DNA from: Acaryochloris marina MBIC11017
GTDB lineage: Bacteria > Cyanobacteriota > Cyanobacteriia > Thermosynechococcales > Thermosynechococcaceae
Length of the DNA: 32,000 nucleotides
Reading direction: 5' to 3'
Assembly (NCBI RefSeq): GCF_000018105.1
Contig: NC_009925.1
Location: 5,310,001-5,342,000 of the forward strand
Below the pieces are notes generated by a model that had not been told where the DNA came from, made no database searches, and was given only the letters and a program-made list of their open reading frames with translations. Within the stretch, counting starts at the first letter, position 1; the number at the start of each line of letters is the position of its first letter. Both the position numbers and the translations under genes were made by a program. This document shows positions 27,103-32,000 of the stretch, in pieces.

Positions 27103-27187
27103 TTCACCCTAGAGTGCAAGTTCAAGGGATGCGTTAATCGATACAACAATTGAGGAAGAAGGTAATGAGCCTGCACTCTAGGGTGAA
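27103..27187. repeat. 16-bp perfect inverted repeat bracketing the RBS and start codon of the decayed lipoprotein gene
   Basis: 27103-27118 ttcaccctagagtgca is the exact reverse complement of 27172-27187 tgcactctagggtgaa. The 53-nt spacer contains GAGGAAGAAGG and ATG 27165. Confidence 0.6.
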
Positions 27188-27747
27188 TAAATTTTCTGCA
27201 CGAATTCTGATGATTGGTGCGGTCATATTACTCACGGCTTGCGGGGGAGGTAACGCTTCACCCCAATCGGTCGTTGAGTAATTTATCAAAGCTGGGGCAG
27301 ATGGCAAGTTCGATGAACTAAAGCCACTATGTGCAAAAGCAGCCCCTGAAGAGTTATGTAATCCTAATGCAGATGACCGAGAAGAATTTGTCTCAATTAG
27401 GACTTACGCACTATACACATGACTTCTGTTGTGTAGTAACGAAAATACGTCGTTCTAGCGATTCGAAAATCACTCGTCTGGAGTTGAAATTGTTGAGTAA
27501 GGAACGAGATAGCTCGGCTCAAAGTGCTGAAAAGCATAGCTGCTATATAGGTTTTTCTGTCAATGCGTAACTCCTATCAATTATGAAAACGGTCAAAATT
27601 GTTGGCGAACCTAAGGTTGAGGGAAATCAGGCTCTAGTTAAGATCGCTATTTCATCTGGAGGTGAAACGGCCGAAGCGAACCTTCCTCTAGTGAAACAGG
27701 GAGATAAATGGCTACTGAGTGGCGAACCTGAAAGAGTGGAGTCGTAA
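27165..27747 (+). pseudogene. small lipoprotein (DUF4878-like) gene, inactivated by an in-frame TAA and a MITE-like insertion
   Basis: - Lipobox signal: MSLHSRVNKFSARILMIGAVILLTAC|GGG.
- An in-frame TAA lies at 27279-27281.
- The same frame continues FIKAGADGKFDEL...EEFVSI up to 27398.
- Removing 184 bp (27399-27582) joins it in frame to MKTVKIVGEPKVEGNQALVKIAISSGG...LVKQGDKWLLSG...* (stop 27745-27747).
- The reconstructed protein is about 132 aa. Confidence 0.65.
27398..27576. mobile_element. MITE-like non-autonomous element (about 179 bp) with TIRs and a 5-6 bp target duplication
   Basis: Left end TAGGACTTACGCA (27398-27410) matches the reverse complement of the right end tgcgtaactccta (27564-27576), TAGGAGTTACGCA, at 12 of 13 positions. 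It is flanked by direct TCAAT(T) at 27393-27398 and 27577-27582. It has no coding capacity. Confidence 0.55.
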
Positions 27748-27955
27748 ATCAATAGGGTGAACTTGGAATAGCTCAAAGCGACGACTAATCTCTATGGGTT
27801 AGGTCAAATGCCTTTAAACGATTCACATCCCATCAAGATGTGTTCAGAAGAGAGCCATTTGCTACGTTTACTTCGCTTTGAAGATGAGATCGCATCTTCA
27901 AAATACAAAACCAGGTTATGCGAAGTCTCGGCCCTACACAACTCGACAAATTGAT

Positions 27956-28909
27956 TAGACCTCTTGCAATATTCATTTGACGATGTGGTATTGCTGTTTT
28001 CCATCCCTTAAGCTGCCAAAGATAGCTCGTAGTTATAGATAGCTGCAATCAAGTTACACCGCAGCGCGTAGCGACGACGACGATTGCGATAGCGCTCCGA
28101 CAGAATTCTGAAAATCTTCAGGCTGCGATTAATGTGTTCAATGCCCATTCGTTCCTGACTCAGAGCACGGTTATACTCTCGCTGCAGGGAAGTCAGTTCA
28201 CCGTGTTGTGGCTTCTTGAGAGGAACATAGCTGTTGGCATGATAGGCTGCAATCCCTTGATATCCGCTATCTTGCAGACTCTCGGTATCTGGATGGATAT
28301 GGATACCTGAACCCTTGAAGATCTGAAAATCATGCCGACGACCTGGACCAACGTTAAGGCAGATAATCTCTAAAGTGTTGCGGTTAGCGATAATCTGGCA
28401 TTTGAAGGTATGTCTCTTTTTTTTCCTGAATAATACGCTTTTTGTCTTGTCTGGGGACGTTCAATGGGCGTTTCAGTCACATCCATCACAACGACATCCG
28501 GTCGCTCGAACCCTTGTAGCAGAGATTTCTGACCGGGTAAGCGAAAGAGTCCTGAGTTCATCAGAGCGGTCTCGACCTGGTGGACAATACGGCAGACAGT
28601 TGATTCAGAGACTTCCCAATCTCCAGCAATGTGGAAATAGGTCCGATATTCTCGCCAATATTGAAGGGCTACCAACAGTTGATCACATCGACACAACTTT
28701 GGAGGACGCCCTGCATTGGAGCGACTCAGGTGATAGGTATGCCATGCATGGAGCATGGGTTTAAAGGTTCGCTTGTAGACTCCAGTTCGTCGCTTAAAGT
28801 CCTTCGCACTCAGCTGTTGGGCTGTTTCGTAATTCATTGGATATGGCACTGAATAGAAAGAACATCAGGCTCAATACCATATCGCAAATCCAATTATGCA
28901 AGAGGTCTA
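27956..28909 (-). mobile_element. IS5-family (PIF/Harbinger-like, DDE_Tnp_4) insertion sequence, about 950 bp
   Basis: Terminal inverted repeats TAGACCTCTTGCA (27956-27968) and tgcaagaggtcta (28897-28909) give a 13-bp perfect match with weaker similarity further inward. The outermost TA on each side may be a TA target duplication. The element encloses a two-frame transposase. Confidence 0.8.
28008..28849 (-). CDS. IS5-family transposase, orfA (28849-28418) joined to orfB (28418-28008) by a -1 shift at A8G
   Basis: Frame 0 carries the HTH part and the first Asp (VVVMDVTETPIERP...YYSGKK). The A8 run at 28417-28424 is followed by G. The -1 frame continues KRHTFKCQIIAN...GRRHDF...LQDSGYQGI...QERMGIEHINRSLKIFRIL to TAA at 28008-28010. 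The fused product is about 280 aa with a full DDE set. Confidence 0.8.
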
Positions 28910-30121
28910 TTGAACCTTAGACAATCTATAAAGCCTTATTTTCTATCTACTGATCTAAATCAGGATAGATATATTTTGTCGTCATTTCTTCCTCAAAAAA
29001 AGGGTTTAATAGCCTCAGCATCGCCTAAATATTTCCAATGGAAAAATCTGAGTATTCTTTCTTCTTCTCTAATTCTCAAGGTAAGCATACACCTATTTAA
29101 ATATTTACAGTGCATTCAAATCAGCTATAACAGGCACAAAAAGTGTCTAACTTTAGATATAGATTAAATTACTAAGGCAAAATAATTTGCAGCTTATTCA
29201 TTAGTGGAACAAAGTGTACTCGAAGCATTCCGTTCGTTAATCTTTTCCTTCACTACCAGTCAGTCAATATTCCAGACTCTAGCTTCTAGAATTTCAGATC
29301 ATTCGCCCTTTCTGAGTCACTTCTATGAAATAGAATAGACGAAATTGGGAGCCCGTCGATGGGCAATTCTTGACTAAAATTACTATTGTCTATCTTTGTA
29401 TCTTTTCTTCTCCATTTATTATTTCTCAGTTTGCTCCTCAAACCCAGATCGCTCACTCTCCTACTGAAGACTCTCGTGAAGGATCAGAGCATCGAGCAAT
29501 CTCCATCTCTGCCCAATCTATCTCCCATCGTGATGGGAAAGACTGTTCAGATTAACAGAAGTTATGAGATTTTTTGAGTTGCGATCGCATCCACAATACT
29601 AAGAGTGCGATCTTAAAAGAATTCCTACTCCAACATTAGCCTCATCAGAAATTTAAGACATTATTTTAGGTGAGGTAAACAGCCCAATATTATTTGGTAG
29701 TTAGTCCACGGTTTAGTCAGATTTTTCCGTCGTGGTCTCTTCACCCAAAGTTAATCTCACATACCCCAAATTCATCAGTCTTGGACAGATTTTATCGATA
29801 TCTTATACCTAGGGTTACTTTCAGTTTTATGGGGGTATCCAGCTAAGCTGGACACCCCAAATTGATAGCGTTAAGGCTCTACCCAATGAACCACTCCAAC
29901 GTTGGGGTTGCCATTGAAGGTGATCGAACAGCCAGCGGAGCAGTCAGCGATTGAGGCATCCCCCTCGACGGTCGGTTGTTTAACCTAGGACTCAAAATCT
30001 TTGATATGAGCTAAACGGTATCTTTGGTGAAGACTTACTATTCGCCTTCAATCTTGTTCAGATCATCTTGTTAAAGGAAAAGCTGTTGTGATTACCTAAG
30101 ATTTATCGCAAAACGTCTCAC

Positions 30122-30904
30122 CTAATCCCACCAGAACCCCACAGCCATATTCCGCTCTAAATAATCAACTAAGTCTTCTATGGTTTGCTCGTCCATTGCT
30201 TCTGCATAATCTTCCATAGTGGCCCCTTCCCCTAATGGTGGTCCAACATATCCCTGATCCATCAAGTCAGGACAAAAGTCATAAACGTCCTCTGCAAAGG
30301 CTAATCGGTCCTCGGGCAGGGTTTTGAAGGCCAATTCTAGAGTGTCTCCTCCTCCACCCATGATCTCAAAGTCGCAGAGCTTCTCCCAGGCGTGCAGCTT
30401 ATTGATAATATCGACGTTACTCAGTTCGTAGTTCCCGGCAGCAGTACCGAAAAATTGGACAATTTGGAAATGGTCGTCTAGTTTAACCACCCCAATCAAG
30501 GATCTTTCGGCTGAGTTGCCCAATGCTTCTTCAAAGTCTTCTTTGAGGAGTTCTTCTCGCCGTTGGAAATCTAGCGTGATTGGCATATAGCCTTTGGGAA
30601 GCTTGGATCGCAGTCTGAGGATTACTGAAATAGCGTCCGGGGTATCCACTTCAAAGAAAACGCCATCAAGCTGCAATTTGATAAAGCGGCTGCTACCTGT
30701 TCCCTCTAGTTCAACATTTCGTTGGATTTGTACGGTAGCGGGAAAGTCTTGCTCCAGTTGAGCTGATTCTTCTTCATACCAATATTGAATTAGCTCCAGC
30801 TTTTTCAGAAATGTAGGAGATTCTGAATCAATGGTGGAGAAGATGCCTGATTCAAAATCAACTTGGGTAGCAAGTTCCTGTTTCTGTTCAGGAGATAAAG
30901 ACAT
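30122..30904 (-). CDS. acidic hypothetical protein with DUF4253-like C-terminal domain
   Basis: 260-aa ATG ORF. The C-terminal part (HAWEKLCDFEIMGGGGDTLELAFKTLPEDRLAFAEDVYDFCPDLMDQG...AVGFWWD) matches my memory of DUF4253, including the terminal WWD. The N-terminal half is unassigned. Confidence 0.6.
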   Translation of the reverse strand: MSLSPEQKQELATQVDFESGIFSTIDSESPTFLKKLELIQYWYEEESAQLEQDFPATVQIQRNVELEGTGSSRFIKLQLDGVFFEVDTPDAISVILRLRSKLPKGYMPITLDFQRREELLKEDFEEALGNSAERSLIGVVKLDDHFQIVQFFGTAAGNYELSNVDIINKLHAWEKLCDFEIMGGGGDTLELAFKTLPEDRLAFAEDVYDFCPDLMDQGYVGPPLGEGATMEDYAEAMDEQTIEDLVDYLERNMAVGFWWD

Positions 30905-31003
30905 TGTTTAATTGAGTAATTTAATCACTACATATACACTAGAAGACTAATTTCAGATATTCCTAGTAATATCTGAATCGCCCATCAGATTGAGTCGTTA
31001 TAA

Positions 31004-31312
31004 TTACCCTTTATTTCTGATATACCAATCCTCAATTGGCCCATCAAACGCCATTGTTCCTATCTCAATGATTGCTGCTTTTCTATCAAAATAAAAAACT
31101 CCATATAAATATTTGGCAGGAATAACTAGACAAGGAAGTGTGCCATCAGGAAGTTTAGCTTTGGGTAACACAAATAACATTCCAATATTAGCTTGGGCGT
31201 CTATTCGGAATTCATGTATGGCAATTTTACCTGTCCCGTCAATCGGGAATGTAATCCCATGAGCGATCAACCCGAGTTGAATATCTTTATCAATGTCCGA
31301 CTTCAATTGCAT
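31004..31312 (-). CDS. hypothetical protein (102 aa)
   Basis: ATG ORF 99 nt upstream of the DUF4253-like gene on the same strand, with globular-looking composition. No family recognised. Confidence 0.45.
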   Translation of the reverse strand: MQLKSDIDKDIQLGLIAHGITFPIDGTGKIAIHEFRIDAQANIGMLFVLPKAKLPDGTLPCLVIPAKYLYGVFYFDRKAAIIEIGTMAFDGPIEDWYIRNKG

Positions 31313-31399
31313 AAAAACATTAGAGACCAGCAGTGATATAGCATCACCTCAAATTACTCCCTTCCCGCTGTAAAATGGGGAAAAGAGCAAATAGTCACA

Positions 31400-31933
31400 T
31401 TGAATCGAACACAAGCCTTTCTGGACAAGCCTTTTGATGCGGATGAGTGGCAGAAATTCTACTACCGCAATCAACAACACTACATTCGACAGCGCTTGAC
31501 CGCGATCAAATTGCTGAATGAAGGACACAGTCGTACCCAAGTGAGCGAACAAGTGGGGTGTAGCTATGATACGTTAACGCGTTGGATGGACAAATATCTC
31601 GATGGTGGACTCCAGGGCTTGGTCCAACCCATTCGACATCAAAAACCTAGTCGGTTGAGCCCAGAGGAACAACAACAACTCAAAGAGATGGTTCTGACGC
31701 AACGTCCGACAGACTATGGTATTGACCGCAATATGTGGACAGGTGCAATTTTAGCCGTTGTGATTGAGCAGCGTTTCGAGGTGCAGCTGAAAGATTCGCG
31801 TATCTACGAATTGCTATCAGAGTTGGGGTTATCTTACCAACGCGCCCATCGTGACTATGCGAATGCTGACCTGAACGCCCAGAAAGAGTGGGTGGCGGCT
31901 GTTAAAAAAACTGCAATCACGACAATCGGATGA
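31400..31933 (+). CDS. IS630-family transposase, N-terminal DNA-binding part (orfA)
   Basis: Paired HTH/winged-helix pattern: RLTAIKLLNEGHSRTQVSEQVGCSYDTLTRWMDKY...GGLQGL...RLSPEEQQQLKEMV...WTGAILAVVIEQRFEVQLKDSRIYELLSELGLSYQRA. It stops at TGA 31931-31933. The start codon (TTG) is uncertain. Confidence 0.8.
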   Translation: MNRTQAFLDKPFDADEWQKFYYRNQQHYIRQRLTAIKLLNEGHSRTQVSEQVGCSYDTLTRWMDKYLDGGLQGLVQPIRHQKPSRLSPEEQQQLKEMVLTQRPTDYGIDRNMWTGAILAVVIEQRFEVQLKDSRIYELLSELGLSYQRAHRDYANADLNAQKEWVAAVKKTAITTIG

Positions 31934-32000
31934 GCGCATCTTGTTCTTTGACGAATTTGCGGTGTCTGAGCGTCCTAGGTTGTTCTATGGCTGGGCAGAA
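31911..32000 (+). CDS. IS630-family transposase catalytic part, first 30 codons (alternative frame, truncated by the window edge)
   Basis: The frame one nucleotide forward of orfA reads LQSRQSDERILFFDEFAVSERPRLFYGWAE, which is the first-Asp region (FxDE) of IS630 transposases. It is open from just after the A7 run (31904-31910) to the window end. Confidence 0.65.
   Translation, partial: MQSRQSDERILFFDEFAVSERPRLFYGWAE

Larger units (their letters stand above)
31400..32000 (+). mobile_element. IS630-family insertion sequence, 5' part (continues beyond the window; left end not mapped)
   Basis: It contains an IS630-type HTH ORF and the start of the DDE_3-type catalytic region. The right end is outside the window, so TIRs cannot be paired. 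Confidence 0.75.

Noticed and set aside
26769-27557. Shared motif catagct(gct)atatagg and gatagctc(c/g)g between 26769-26805 and the MITE interior (27520-27557). This might be a second, degenerate MITE copy.
   Set aside because: The similarity is short, in a different order, and lacks matching TIRs at the upstream site. It is likely chance in AT-rich DNA, but a genome-wide repeat search would settle it.
27331-27570. 79-aa ORF (MQKQPLKSYVILMQMTEKNL...) from the track.
   Set aside because: It is a different frame of the lipoprotein pseudogene that reads straight into and through the MITE, so it is an artefact of the insertion.
27804-28048. Two overlapping minus-strand ORFs (66 aa and 71 aa).
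   Set aside because: Both straddle the left IS terminus or the transposase stop, so they fuse IS and flanking DNA. No independent support.
28375-28852. Plus-strand ORFs (129 aa and 73 aa) inside the IS.
   Set aside because: They are antisense to the transposase, whose two frames carry the HTH and DDE motifs.
28910-29577. ORFs of 61-85 aa in the AT-rich stretch right of the IS.
   Set aside because: They are Leu/Ser/Ile-rich and low-complexity, overlap each other, have non-ATG or weak starts, and show no RBS. The region is most likely non-coding or decayed DNA.
29832-29858. 12-bp stem (one mismatch) with a 3-nt loop: ggggtatccagc-taa-gctggacacccc.
   Set aside because: It is a real palindrome, but there is no U-tract on either strand and no adjacent intact gene. 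I cannot assign a role, though it could be a relic terminator or part of a repeat.
31349-31552. 67-aa minus-strand ORF overlapping the IS630 orfA start.
   Set aside because: It is antisense to a recognisable IS630 HTH region and has no motifs.

Overview
This looks like a cyanobacterial chromosome segment. Evidence: 8 copies of the HIP1 octamer GCGATCGC, an SLH/OprB-type porin, a DUF2808 protein, and menB for phylloquinone synthesis.

nt 1-26,700 is mostly core genome:
- a DUF4212 + Na+/solute symporter pair
- a loose cluster of exported or envelope proteins: SLH porin, S1 protease-DUF2808 with a 60-bp coding tandem repeat, TPR protein, DUF1399-like/TIGR04222 protein with a (GGGC)n tail, and M48-TPR peptidase
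- lepA, ruvC, a VOC-like ORF + menB, and xthA
- a PhoR/PhoB-like two-component pair
- an EamA transporter, and translationally overlapped rlmD-gltS

nt 26,900-32,000 is a visibly AT-richer, decayed accessory islet:
- a small lipoprotein gene inactivated twice, by an in-frame TAA and by a ~179-bp MITE-like insertion with TIRs and a target duplication
- a ~950-bp IS5-family (DDE_Tnp_4) element whose transposase needs a -1 shift at A8G
- ~1.2 kb of non-coding or relic DNA
- an acidic DUF4253-like protein plus a 102-aa orphan
- the 5' part of an IS630-family element with an A7 frame change

I recognised no rRNA, tRNA or CRISPR array. I did not find a convincing new multi-gene system. The most unusual items are the MITE/pseudogene, the two slippery-run transposases, the VNTR-like protease linker, the Gly-Cys-tailed membrane protein, an unlisted 52-aa membrane ORF and a candidate Pho box. 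All family assignments come from motif recognition by eye, not from database searches.
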